From Candidatus Electronema halotolerans (GTDB lineage: Bacteria; Desulfobacterota; Desulfobulbia; Desulfobulbales; Desulfobulbaceae), in NCBI GenBank assembly GCA_942493095.1, contig OW818675.1, forward strand, positions 2,340,001 to 2,372,000: a stretch of DNA of 32,000 nucleotides, read 5' to 3'. A program made the position numbers and the translations under genes. Positions 1 to 8,689 of the stretch are shown in pieces. The notes under the pieces are model-generated. The model was given only the letters and a program-made list of their open reading frames with translations, was not told the DNA's origin and did not search any database. Within the stretch, counting starts at the first letter, position 1; each line of letters starts with the position of its first letter.

Positions 1-581
1 TCAGCTCCACTTGCCCGCACTGCCGGGGCGCAGGTCAGACCATTGCCGACCCCTGCGCTGACTGCAACGGCCAAGGGCTGGTGCGCAAGCGGAAAAAGGT
101 GATGCTGAAAATCCCGGCTGGGGTTGACACTGGCTCGCGGATGCGCCTGACTGGTGAGGGCGAGGGAGGCCGCCGGGGCGGTCGTTCCGGTGATCTCTAT
201 GTGATCATCCATGTCCGCGAGCACGAATATTTTCTCCGCGACGGTCAGACCGTCTTTCTCCGCTATCCGATCTCAATGGCCAAGGCCGCCTTGGGCTGTG
301 AAGTGGATGTGCCCACAGTCAATGGCACGGCCAAGCTCAAGATCAAGGCAGGCACCCAGTCCGGCGACCGCTTCACCCTGCGCGGCGAGGGCATTGTCAG
401 CCTCCGGGGCCGGACTCCGGGCGACATGATCGTGGAGGCGCAGGTCCAGACTCCGACCAATCTGACCACCAGGCAGAAAGAGCTGCTCCAAGAGTTTGAA
501 GGCTTGAATGGCAAAGAGGAGGAAGGCTTTTTCTCCCGGATGCTGCATGGCTTCACAGGCCGGGAAAAGGAGCAGGGGTGA
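1..581 (+). CDS. dnaJ: Molecular chaperone DnaJ, C-terminal part (5' end lies outside the window; codons start at nt 3)
   Basis: The frame open from nt 3 reads [25 protein letters not shown] (CxxCxGxG zinc-finger repeats). DnaJ C-terminal domains follow ([29 protein letters not shown]). There is no start codon in the window. Confidence 0.9.
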   Translation, partial: SSTCPHCRGAGQTIADPCADCNGQGLVRKRKKVMLKIPAGVDTGSRMRLTGEGEGGRRGGRSGDLYVIIHVREHEYFLRDGQTVFLRYPISMAKAALGCEVDVPTVNGTAKLKIKAGTQSGDRFTLRGEGIVSLRGRTPGDMIVEAQVQTPTNLTTRQKELLQEFEGLNGKEEEGFFSRMLHGFTGREKEQG

Positions 582-1063
582 CTGGCGAATTCAGCCACTT
601 TGATGCTGCCGGGCAGGCGTGGATGGTGGATGTGGGCGCCAAGCCTGAGACCGGACGGCTGGCAGTCGCAGAAGGCCGGATCAGCATGATTCCGGCAGCC
701 TACGAGCTGGTCAAGGCGGGCGGCATGAAAAAAGGCGACGTGCTTGGCGCAGCCCGGATCGCCGGGATCATGGCGGTCAAGCAGACCAGCAGCCTGATTC
801 CCCTCTGTCATCCGCTGGCAGTCAGCGGGGCGGAAGTCAATTTTTCCTTTGATGACGCGAACTGCGCCATTGTGATTGAGGCTGCTGTCCGCATCACCGG
901 CAGAACCGGAGTGGAGATGGAGGCTCTGACCGCAGTGTCGGTCGCGGCCCTCACCATTTACGACATGTGCAAGGCGGTCGATAAGGGCATGGAGATTTCC
1001 CAAATCCGCCTGCTGCGGAAAAGCGGCGGCAGAAGCGGCGATTTCCGCCGGGCGGCAGAATGA
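578..1063 (+). CDS. moaC: Cyclic pyranopterin monophosphate synthase MoaC
   Basis: 161 aa. The GTG start overlaps the dnaJ stop (GTGA). MoaC hallmarks are present: SLIPLCHPL and [23 protein letters not shown]. Confidence 0.9.
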   Translation: MTGEFSHFDAAGQAWMVDVGAKPETGRLAVAEGRISMIPAAYELVKAGGMKKGDVLGAARIAGIMAVKQTSSLIPLCHPLAVSGAEVNFSFDDANCAIVIEAAVRITGRTGVEMEALTAVSVAALTIYDMCKAVDKGMEISQIRLLRKSGGRSGDFRRAAE

Positions 1064-1088
1064 GACCATAAACGAGCAAGGAAGGGTC

Positions 1089-1451
1089 ATGGACAGCGCG
1101 CAGTTGCAGAAATTCAGAGCATTGCTTGAGGATATGAAGCGGGAGATTGTCTCGGATGTTGAGCAGACCATCTCGGAAATGACTGGTCATCAGCTCAACA
1201 CCCCGGACATGGCTGACCGCGCCACGCTGGAGGAGGAGCGCAGCTTTGAGCTGCGCCTGCGCGGCAGGGAGCAGATGCTCTTGGACAAGATCAATCAGGC
1301 CATCGCCCGAATCGACAGCGGCACCTACGGCATCTGCGCCAAGTGTGAGGAGGAGATCGGCATCAAGCGGCTGGAGGCCAGGCCGGTGGCCACCTACTGC
1401 ATTGACTGCAAGATCATGCAGGAGCAGCAGGAAAAAAATATAGGAAGATAA
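1089..1451 (+). CDS. dksA: DksA/TraR-family C4 zinc-finger transcription factor
   Basis: 120 aa. Coiled-coil N-terminal part, then a CAKCEEEI...YCIDC four-cysteine finger. An AGGAAG Shine-Dalgarno-like sequence lies upstream. Confidence 0.8.
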   Translation: MDSAQLQKFRALLEDMKREIVSDVEQTISEMTGHQLNTPDMADRATLEEERSFELRLRGREQMLLDKINQAIARIDSGTYGICAKCEEEIGIKRLEARPVATYCIDCKIMQEQQEKNIGR

Positions 1452-1455
1452 GAAC

Positions 1456-2457
1456 ATGCCTGAACTGCGCAAGGACCCCATTCTTGGCCGCTGGATCATC
1501 ATCGCCAAAGAGCGGAGCAAGCGGCCCTCAGACTTTGCTGTGGATGCCCATGAGTCGCAAGGCGGCTTCTGTCCGCTCTGCCCGGAACATGAACGGACCA
1601 CGCCGTCGGAGGTGCTGGTCTATGGCCGCAGCTACGGCATGCCGCCCAACTCGCCGGGCTGGAAGCTGCGGGTGGTGCCGAACAAGTATCCGGCCTTGGT
1701 CATTGAGGGCGAATTAGACAAGCAGGGCGACGGGCTGTATGACCGGATGCACGGCATTGGCGCGCATGAGGTGGTGGTGGAAAGCCCGGATCATGCGGCT
1801 CAGTTCCGTCGGCTGCCTCATGACCAGATGATCCTCACCTTCCGGGCCTTTCAGGAGCGGATCCGCGACTTGGCCAAGGACGAGCGCTTCACCTATGTCA
1901 TGGTTTTCAAAAACAATGGCAAGGCTGCCGGGGCCTCGCTGGAGCATTCCCATTCCCAGCTCGTCGCCCTGCCGGTCATGCCGAGAATGCTGGTCTCAGA
2001 ATTGGACGGCAGCAAGCAGTATTACAGCTACAAGGACCGCTGCGTCTTCTGCGACATCATCCGCCAGGAGATGCAGCAGCAGGTGCGCTTGGTCTGCGAA
2101 AACAGCCGCTTTGTCACCCTGACTCCCTTTGCCCCGCGCACCCCGTTTGAGATGTGGATTCTGCCCAAGAAGCACAGCTCCTCATACATTGAGCAGGACG
2201 AGGCCTCGCTTTCCGATCTGACCCAGATTTTCTCCGAGACCCTGCGGCGGCTGGATGCCTGCATTCCCGGCATCCCTTACAACTTTGTGCTCCATACCCA
2301 GCCGCTGCGCTCCAAACTGCTGGACCATTACCACTGGCACTTTGAGATCGTGCCCAAGCTGACCAGCATCGCCGGTTTTGAATGGGGCACCGGATTCTAC
2401 ATCAATCCCATGCCGCCGGAGGATGCCTGCCGGTATCTCCGGGAAATTCAGCTCTAA
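1456..2457 (+). CDS. GalT-branch HIT-superfamily nucleotidyltransferase (galactose-1-phosphate uridylyltransferase-like)
   Basis: 333 aa. Contains a CPLCPEHE zinc-site motif and the HSHSQ (HxHxQ) catalytic motif. The substrate is not inferable. Confidence 0.75.
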   Translation: MPELRKDPILGRWIIIAKERSKRPSDFAVDAHESQGGFCPLCPEHERTTPSEVLVYGRSYGMPPNSPGWKLRVVPNKYPALVIEGELDKQGDGLYDRMHGIGAHEVVVESPDHAAQFRRLPHDQMILTFRAFQERIRDLAKDERFTYVMVFKNNGKAAGASLEHSHSQLVALPVMPRMLVSELDGSKQYYSYKDRCVFCDIIRQEMQQQVRLVCENSRFVTLTPFAPRTPFEMWILPKKHSSSYIEQDEASLSDLTQIFSETLRRLDACIPGIPYNFVLHTQPLRSKLLDHYHWHFEIVPKLTSIAGFEWGTGFYINPMPPEDACRYLREIQL

Positions 2458-2472
2458 AAAGGAGAAGCTCCT

Positions 2473-2829
2473 GTGGAAGCAAAGAAGATTCTGATTGTTG
2501 ACGATGAGGAGGGCATCCGGCTGCTCTATCAGGAGGAGCTGGAAATGGATGGCTTTGCTGTGGAAACAGCCAAGAACGGCGATCAGGCCTTGGAGAAATT
2601 CAAGGCTGCGCCGCCGGATTTGGTCATCTTGGACATCAACATGCCGGGCATGAACGGCATTGAGGTCCTGCGGCAGATGAAGAGTCATAATGCTGCCCTG
2701 CCGGTCATTCTCAGCTCGGCCTATCCTGAATACAAGCAGGATTTCGGTGCGTGGGCCTCGGAGGAGTACATTGTCAAATCAGCCAACATGAATGAGCTGA
2801 AAGCGGCAGTGCATAAGCATCTGGACTGA
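2473..2829 (+). CDS. Stand-alone response-regulator receiver domain protein (CheY-like)
   Basis: 118 aa. GTG start 8 nt after AAGGAG. KILIVDDEE acidic pocket and phospho-acceptor context LVILDINMPGMNG. No output domain. Confidence 0.85.
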   Translation: MEAKKILIVDDEEGIRLLYQEELEMDGFAVETAKNGDQALEKFKAAPPDLVILDINMPGMNGIEVLRQMKSHNAALPVILSSAYPEYKQDFGAWASEEYIVKSANMNELKAAVHKHLD

Positions 2830-2880
2830 GCCGCCGTTCCGGCAGTTGAGCGCAACCCTTTTCTACTTCAGGCTTCTTTT

Positions 2881-4746
2881 TTGCGGAAAATCGCTTTTTT
2901 ATGCCGCTGGTTCTGGCGTTTCACCGCCGTTGCAAGCATCCTTTTCACCAGCTGCGTTCTCCTCTTTTTCTTTTTCCTGATTTTTGGCGCAGCCTCGCTC
3001 CAGCACCGCATGCACGCGGAAGGAGTGCGGGTGCCAGACGGCTGCGCCTTGGTGCTGGCTCCGCCGGGCAGCATTCTGGAAAAGCAGCCGGAGATGGATC
3101 CGGTGACAGAGCTGGCCGGGCTGCTCAATGATGAAGCCCCGCCCCGGCCCCTGCTGCTGGAGGATATTGTCAGCGGTCTGCGGGCGGCGGCCAAGGACAG
3201 CCGGATCAAGGTGCTGGTCATTGCTCCGCAGCAGCTGGAGCAGGCCGGACTGGACCAGCTCCGTGACATTGGCCAGGCCATTGCCCAGTTCAAGGCCAGC
3301 GGCAAGCGGGTGATCGCGGCGGCGGACAGCTACAGCCAAGGGCAATATTATCTTGCCTCGTGGAGCGATGAGATTTACTTGCAGCCAATGGGTTCGGTTG
3401 ACCTGCACGGCTTTGGAGTCTTCAATCTCTATCTGCGCGAGCTGCTCGACAAGCTGGCTGTCAATTTTCACGTCTTCCGGGTCGGCGAATTCAAGGCCGC
3501 AGTGGAGCCGCTGCTCCGCAAGGACATGTCGCCAGAGGCCAAGGAGAACAGCCGCCGCTGGCTGACCCGGCTCTGGGAGCGATTCTGCGCTGACATTGCC
3601 AAGCAGCGCGGCATCACTCCGGCGGCAGTGCATGGGGCGGCGGATCAGCTTGTTGAGAAGCTTGAGGCGGCAAACGGCGACGCAGCCCTGATGGCCCTGC
3701 AAAGTCATCTGGTTGACGGCCTGAAAACTGCTGCTGAAATGCGCGGCTATCTGCAAGGTCTGACCGGCAGGAGCAGCAAGGAGGATGAGGGCTTCCGCCA
3801 GATCGACTTTGCCGACTATGTTGACGCGGTCAAGACCGCCTACAGCGAGCCGCTGACTGGCAAGGACCGGGTGGCGATTCTGCCCATGCAGGGCGATATT
3901 GTCTATGGCCCAGGCGCGGACGGCCAGATCGGCTCGGCCAGCATCAGCAAGAAACTCCGCAAGCTGCGTCAGAACCCGCATGTCAGGGCTGTGGTTCTGC
4001 GTATTGACAGCGGCGGCGGCAGTGCCTTTGCCTCAGAACTCATCCGCCAGGAACTGCTGCTTCTGCGCAAGGCAGGCAAGCCGGTGGTGGTTTCAATGGG
4101 ATCAATGGCCGCCTCCGGGGCCTACTGGATATCAGCGGCGGCAGACCGGATATTCGCCTCGCCCTGCACCATCACCGGCTCCATCGGCATCTTTGGTGTG
4201 GTGCCCACCTTTGAAAAGACTTTGGCCAAGGCAGGCATTTTCAGCGACGGCATCGGCACCACTGAGCTGGCCAGCGCGGACAGCGTTCTCATGCCCCTGC
4301 CCGAATCCTTCAGCCAGGCCATGCAGGCCCAGATTGAGCACGGATATCGTCAGTTCATCAACATTGTTGCTGATGGCCGGAAGATGAACCACGAGGATGT
4401 GGAGAAGATTGCGGGCGGCAGGGTCTGGGACGGAGCCGCCGCCTTTGAGCTGGGCTTGGCTGACCGGCTCGGCAGTCTTGAAGATGCAGTTGCGGCGGCA
4501 GCCAAGATGGTCGGTCTGCCTGCGGATCAAGCCGCTTATGTCAAAGAGAAGCAAAGCCCGGCAGAGCTGTTCCTGCGCAGCCTGCGCTCGGCCCGAACCG
4601 CCCTCTTTGCCAGCAATGACCCGCTGCTGGGCCGGGCCGGGCAGCTTGTCCGCCGGTTCAAGGCCCAGCACGAGTTTCTTCTCCGCAAGGACCCGCAGCA
4701 AATTTACAGCCACTGCCTCCTGCCCTTTTCCCTGCTGCTTTTCTGA
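2881..4746 (+). CDS. sppA: Signal peptide peptidase SppA, 67K (two-domain) type
   Basis: 621 aa. An N-terminal TM segment is followed by two S49/ClpP-fold halves. The second half carries SMGSMAASGAYWIS. The TTG start is the only in-frame start that keeps the TM segment, and it has no clear SD, so the start is uncertain. Confidence 0.8.
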   Translation: MRKIAFLCRWFWRFTAVASILFTSCVLLFFFFLIFGAASLQHRMHAEGVRVPDGCALVLAPPGSILEKQPEMDPVTELAGLLNDEAPPRPLLLEDIVSGLRAAAKDSRIKVLVIAPQQLEQAGLDQLRDIGQAIAQFKASGKRVIAAADSYSQGQYYLASWSDEIYLQPMGSVDLHGFGVFNLYLRELLDKLAVNFHVFRVGEFKAAVEPLLRKDMSPEAKENSRRWLTRLWERFCADIAKQRGITPAAVHGAADQLVEKLEAANGDAALMALQSHLVDGLKTAAEMRGYLQGLTGRSSKEDEGFRQIDFADYVDAVKTAYSEPLTGKDRVAILPMQGDIVYGPGADGQIGSASISKKLRKLRQNPHVRAVVLRIDSGGGSAFASELIRQELLLLRKAGKPVVVSMGSMAASGAYWISAAADRIFASPCTITGSIGIFGVVPTFEKTLAKAGIFSDGIGTTELASADSVLMPLPESFSQAMQAQIEHGYRQFINIVADGRKMNHEDVEKIAGGRVWDGAAAFELGLADRLGSLEDAVAAAAKMVGLPADQAAYVKEKQSPAELFLRSLRSARTALFASNDPLLGRAGQLVRRFKAQHEFLLRKDPQQIYSHCLLPFSLLLF

Positions 4747-4752
4747 AAGCTG

Positions 4753-5718
4753 ATGGCTGATGCTGCTGCCGCGTTGCTGCTGCTCTGGCACAAATTGGGC
4801 TGGCCGCTCTGCAAGCTGCTGCTCACTATTTCCGTCAGCCTGCTGCTCGCCTGCCTGATCGAGTCCCTGAACTGGACCCGCAGACTGTCTGCCGTGGCCG
4901 CGCCAGTTGTCCGTTTCGCCCGCCTTTCCGACACCAGCGGCGCAGCCTTTTCCTTGGCCTTCTTTTCCGGGGTGGCAGCCAACACCATGCTGGCCGAGGC
5001 ATACGAAAAAGAGCGCATCAGCCGCCGTGAGCTGCTTTTGGCCAATGTCTTCAACAGCCTGCCCACCTATTTTCTTCATCTGCCGACCACCTTTTTCATC
5101 GCGTTTCCCTTGATCAAAGGTGCGGCCTTTATTTATGTCGGCCTGACCGCCGGGGCCGCCTTTCTCCGCACTGCCGGGGTCTCGGTCCTCAGCCGCTTCC
5201 TGCTGCCAAGCAGGCAGTCTGAAGGCATGGCTTCAGAGCAGGGCGAGGCAACTGGCTGGCACGTTGCTTGGAAACGGGCTGTGCAGCGCTTCCGCAAGCG
5301 CATCCGCAAGATCATCCTCTTCACCGCCCCAATCTATGTCCTGTTCTTTGCCCTGACTGAGGCAGGCTTTTTCCTTATGCTGGAGCGATTCATGGCCGCG
5401 CATCTGGCCTTTCTCTCCTGGCTCTCGCCCAAAGCGGTGTCAATCATCGCCCTTCAGATCATGGCTGAATTCACTGCCGGGCTGGGCGCGGCAGGCGCGC
5501 TGCTTCAAGACGGCAGCATGGAGGCCAAGCAGGTGATTCTCGCCCTGCTGATCGGCAACATTCTCTCCTCGCCAGTGCGCGCCCTGCGGCATCAGTTCCC
5601 CTATTACGCAGGCATTTTCCAACCCCGCACCGCCCTCCTGCTGATTTCCTGCAGCCAAGGCTTCCGGGCGGTGTCCATTATCCTTGCCGCCCTGCTCTAT
5701 TGGTTTCTCAGCTTTTAA
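4753..5718 (+). CDS. Polytopic inner-membrane protein, nucleoside-recognition (Gate) domain-like
   Basis: 321 aa. ATG lies 7 nt after the sppA stop. Many hydrophobic segments. The family assignment is from memory of similar 'nucleoside recognition domain' proteins only. Confidence 0.5.
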   Translation: MADAAAALLLLWHKLGWPLCKLLLTISVSLLLACLIESLNWTRRLSAVAAPVVRFARLSDTSGAAFSLAFFSGVAANTMLAEAYEKERISRRELLLANVFNSLPTYFLHLPTTFFIAFPLIKGAAFIYVGLTAGAAFLRTAGVSVLSRFLLPSRQSEGMASEQGEATGWHVAWKRAVQRFRKRIRKIILFTAPIYVLFFALTEAGFFLMLERFMAAHLAFLSWLSPKAVSIIALQIMAEFTAGLGAAGALLQDGSMEAKQVILALLIGNILSSPVRALRHQFPYYAGIFQPRTALLLISCSQGFRAVSIILAALLYWFLSF

Positions 5719-5737
5719 AAATTTTGGCAAAAAAGTG

Positions 5738-5766
5738 TTGACAGCACCGAATAAGTGTGATAAGAG
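5738..5766 (+). promoter_or_regulatory. Candidate sigma70-type promoter for the secreted-protein gene
   Basis: TTGACA (5738-5743), a 17-nt spacer, then TAAGAG (5761-5766) preceded by TG (extended -10 like). It lies about 45 nt upstream of the ATG at 5810. Confidence 0.35.
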
Positions 5767-5809
5767 GATAGACAACCGTCTATTTTATCAATCAAAAGGA
5801 GGAGTAGAA

Positions 5810-7603
5810 ATGAAACAGAAAACAATTGTTAAAATTTCTGTGCTATTGCTGGCATTGCCCGCAACAGCGGTTGCTGACTACATTGACACCACCGGCCCTA
5901 CCGGTCACTATTATGAATACGCTGTTTTTACCACAAGTGACGGGAGTGGTTATAAAGGGGGGAACGATGTGGATGCCTATGGAGATCTAATATACGTCAA
6001 TCGCTCAGGAGGGAATCTTGATGTCTATCAGGTGACATTATTAGATAGTGACGGAGATGGAGTAGCGGAGCCGGATCAGCATCCGAACAATATCGGCCCG
6101 GATGAAGTCGCTGGTACTGCCGACGATCAGATAGGCCCGATGGAGGAAAGGACACTGACCTATTTGCGAACCTATTCTATCCCGGAGTTATCCTCCCCCT
6201 CTGTAGGCGAATTGTATGCCGCTGCCGACAGAATATATTTCCTAGGCCAAGATGAAGGTGATGTTTACCAGTATGTATTTGCGACAAATGTTACCTCAAA
6301 GGTGGTTGATTCTCCGTATTTCAACCTTTCTCAGCTTGGTTACGATGATGTTAATCACGTATGGTATGCATCCAGAGAATCCGAAAGAACCGTTTACAGT
6401 TGGAACGGCACAGCTTGGGTGCCGTGCTTTACATATCAATCTTTAGCGGGTGGCCACATGGATGGCTTGGAGGTAATCACTGACAAAACTGGTACGCCTT
6501 ATGTTTATGTCTCGGACATGACATCAGACTATATCGGACAGTGGAAATATGATTCTGATACAAGTTCTTGGAAAGAAGAAAATCTTTTTGCATATACAGA
6601 TGCAACTGGAGCTGATGTTGAAGGAATGGGATTCGGTGCGTTGAACCACATCTGGGTGACAAGTTGGGACTCTCTTTATGAACTTGGCGGCGGTAAACTT
6701 GGTGAGTATTTAGGTGGTGATTTTTCCGTAGATGACGGGGGAGAGTGTATACCTGCAAACAGCACGGACATCACCTATACTGCCAGCTATAAAAATAAAG
6801 CTGATATAGATATAGAAGGAGTTCAAGTAGCTCATACTGGCGGCACTTGGGGAGGCACATCTCAGAATTGGACTATAGGAGATGTTGCATCCCAAGAAAC
6901 CGGTTCAACTGCAATGACAGTGCCTCTGTCGCCTCCTCTTGTTTCGGACTCTACCTTTTTCAATCAGTTCACTATGACAAGCACAACGCCGGGTGTGCCA
7001 GAACAAACTGCAACTGTAACAACCAAGGTTTGTAAGAACCAAATTCCGGTTGCAAAGTGCAAGGATATTGAAACATCGCTTGATGCAACCGGCAAGGTGA
7101 CGATTTCACCAGCAGACATTGATAACGGCTCGTATGATCCTGATGATGATCCTATCAGCTTGAGCATTTCCAAATCCAAGTTCACCTGTTCTGATGTTGG
7201 TGTGCAGAATTTCATCACATTGACTGTAACAGATGATAGCGGCGCATCGGACTCCTGCGTGGCCAAAGTGACGACCGTTGATGACCTTCCACCAGTTGTC
7301 AAAGCAAAAAACATCAGCATTTTGCTTGATGAAACAACCAAAACCGCAGTCATCGACGCAGATGATGTTGATGATGGTTCAACAGACAACTGCTGCATAG
7401 CCTCCAAGAGCATCAGCAAGAGCGAGTTCACCTATACCGATCTCACCATTGGCTTGAGGCCTCCCCAGACAATTACACTGACGGTCACTGATTGCAATGG
7501 CAACAGCAGCAGCGCAACAGCGGCTGTCACAGTGCAAACCGAAAGGTTGCGGCAAAGGCAAATTTTAAAGAGCAGGGAGGGGATGGGCATCAGGAGGAGG
7601 TAA
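5810..7603 (+). CDS. Secreted multi-domain protein: signal peptide, propeller-like repeat region, then two tandem Ig/HYR-like domains
   Basis: I moved the start from the ORF-track 5684 to the ATG at 5810 (AAAGGAGG upstream). This gives the Sec signal MKQKTIVKISVLLLALPATAVA|DY and 597 aa. The central region has recurring short beta-strand-like motifs (IYV, IYF, VWY, VYV, IWV). The C-terminus has two ~81-aa repeats. The gene looks AT-richer than its neighbours. Confidence 0.75.
   Translation: MKQKTIVKISVLLLALPATAVADYIDTTGPTGHYYEYAVFTTSDGSGYKGGNDVDAYGDLIYVNRSGGNLDVYQVTLLDSDGDGVAEPDQHPNNIGPDEVAGTADDQIGPMEERTLTYLRTYSIPELSSPSVGELYAAADRIYFLGQDEGDVYQYVFATNVTSKVVDSPYFNLSQLGYDDVNHVWYASRESERTVYSWNGTAWVPCFTYQSLAGGHMDGLEVITDKTGTPYVYVSDMTSDYIGQWKYDSDTSSWKEENLFAYTDATGADVEGMGFGALNHIWVTSWDSLYELGGGKLGEYLGGDFSVDDGGECIPANSTDITYTASYKNKADIDIEGVQVAHTGGTWGGTSQNWTIGDVASQETGSTAMTVPLSPPLVSDSTFFNQFTMTSTTPGVPEQTATVTTKVCKNQIPVAKCKDIETSLDATGKVTISPADIDNGSYDPDDDPISLSISKSKFTCSDVGVQNFITLTVTDDSGASDSCVAKVTTVDDLPPVVKAKNISILLDETTKTAVIDADDVDDGSTDNCCIASKSISKSEFTYTDLTIGLRPPQTITLTVTDCNGNSSSATAAVTVQTERLRQRQILKSREGMGIRRR
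7046..7537 (+). repeat. Two tandem ~81-aa protein-domain repeats (HYR/Ig-like) within the secreted protein
   Basis: Repeat 1 (7046-7288) reads PVAKCKDIETSLDATGKVTISPADIDNGSYDPDDDPISLSISKSKFTCSDVG..TLTVTDDSGASDSCVAKVTTVD. Repeat 2 (7289-7537) reads PVVKAKNISILLDETTKTAVIDADDVDDGSTDNCCIASKSISKSEFTYTD..TLTVTDCNGNSSSATAAVTV. The shared pattern is D(I/V)D(N/D)GS.D, S(I/K)SKS.FT, TLTVTD..G. Confidence 0.6.
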
Positions 7604-7635
7604 AAGCATCTTCCTTCCACATAACTTGCTGCATA

Positions 7636-7668
7636 GCAGAGACTGTTTTCAGTCTCTGCTATTTTTTT
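7636..7668 (+). terminator. Rho-independent terminator of the secreted-protein gene
   Basis: Perfect 10-bp stem GCAGAGACTG / CAGTCTCTGC with a TTTT loop, followed by TATTTTTTT. It starts 33 nt after the stop codon. Confidence 0.8.
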
Positions 7669-7739
7669 GCTCTGTTCAGGCAAGTTAACACAAAGAATTC
7701 ATTACTCTTGTTATCAATAAACACGAACACCGGGAAGTC

Positions 7740-8648
7740 ATGCACCGATCAGCCAGCCTCCATGCTTCTCCATACAGCACAGAATCACCGCCCATGACCA
7801 GCATTCCTTGGCCTGCGCATCTTGCCCTGATCAGCATCGCCGGACTTGTCGGCTGGCTGGAGGCAAGGCGGCTGGCCACAAAATATCCCGGCAGCAGGCT
7901 GGAGGACATCCTGCGTCGATCATTCCACCTCTATGTGCTGCTGCCACTTTTCCTGCTCCTCCTTCTCGGCAGCCTGCTTCTCCAGCAAATGCGGCAGGTT
8001 TTCTGGGACTTGCCCCTCTGGCTGCAATACTGGAGCAGCGCGCTGACGTGGGGCGGCATCCTCGTCATCTTCCTCCTGCTCTTCAGCCTGATTCTGCCGC
8101 TCGCCTTCCGCCTCCGCCATCAGGATCGGCACAAGATGGCGGTGGTGGCTGTCCTCTTTATTGCCGCCTTGGAAGGGCTGATGCAGTTTCTCACCCGCCC
8201 GCTTGCCCCGCAGCTAACGCGGCAGGAGAACCGGGACGGCATCATCATGCAGTCCAGTCCCTCAAGCTGCGTCCCGGCCAGCGCAGCCAACCTGCTCAGA
8301 CTGTATGGCATGGAGAGAAGCGAGCCGGAACTGGCCGCGCTCTTTGGCAGCACATTGTTGAGCGGCACCTCGGCGGCCCAGCTCATTTACGGCATGAGGC
8401 AGCTCGGCATCCACGGCCAGAGGCGGTATGCGCCTGACCGCGACATCAGCAAAATCAAGGCTCCGGCCATGCTCTTTGTTGATTATGCAGGCACGGAGAA
8501 TCATGCCGTGGCCCTGCTCCGCGCTGATCAGGAGAGCGTGGAGCTGGCTGATCCGCTTGTCGGCAGAAAGCGGATCACGCCCAAGGAACTGCGAAAAGTC
8601 TGGCACGGCAGGGCGGTGGAGTTTTCCCTGTCAAGGCAGGGCTGCTGA
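7740..8648 (+). CDS. Membrane-anchored papain-like cysteine peptidase, C39-like domain
   Basis: 302 aa. About 4 N-terminal hydrophobic helices. The C-terminal domain has the C39-type order Q..C (IMQSSPSSCVPASAANLLRLYG), H (ENHAVALL) and D (ELADPL). No ABC-transporter ATPase is fused or adjacent. Confidence 0.7.
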   Translation: MHRSASLHASPYSTESPPMTSIPWPAHLALISIAGLVGWLEARRLATKYPGSRLEDILRRSFHLYVLLPLFLLLLLGSLLLQQMRQVFWDLPLWLQYWSSALTWGGILVIFLLLFSLILPLAFRLRHQDRHKMAVVAVLFIAALEGLMQFLTRPLAPQLTRQENRDGIIMQSSPSSCVPASAANLLRLYGMERSEPELAALFGSTLLSGTSAAQLIYGMRQLGIHGQRRYAPDRDISKIKAPAMLFVDYAGTENHAVALLRADQESVELADPLVGRKRITPKELRKVWHGRAVEFSLSRQGC

Positions 8649-8689
8649 ATCCCGCATCGACCAAGCTGCCACTGCGACCCCAGCGGGAA

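Noticed and set aside
2899-3981. 360-aa minus-strand ORF (also 4132-5079 minus, 263-1171 minus, 951-1601 minus)
   Set aside because: These are antisense to sppA, the adjacent membrane-protein gene, dnaJ/moaC and dksA respectively. They have low-complexity composition, no RBS and no recognisable domains. The sense-strand genes explain the open frames.
5684-5809. Upstream extension of the secreted-protein ORF
   Set aside because: It overlaps the end of the preceding membrane-protein gene and the candidate promoter. The ATG at 5810 has a strong SD and yields a canonical signal peptide.
7521-7680. PEP-CTERM or another C-terminal sorting signal, possibly hidden by a frameshift, at the end of the secreted protein (suggested by the terminal GIRRR)
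   Set aside because: I translated all three forward frames. None gives a PEP motif or a hydrophobic helix before the basic tail.
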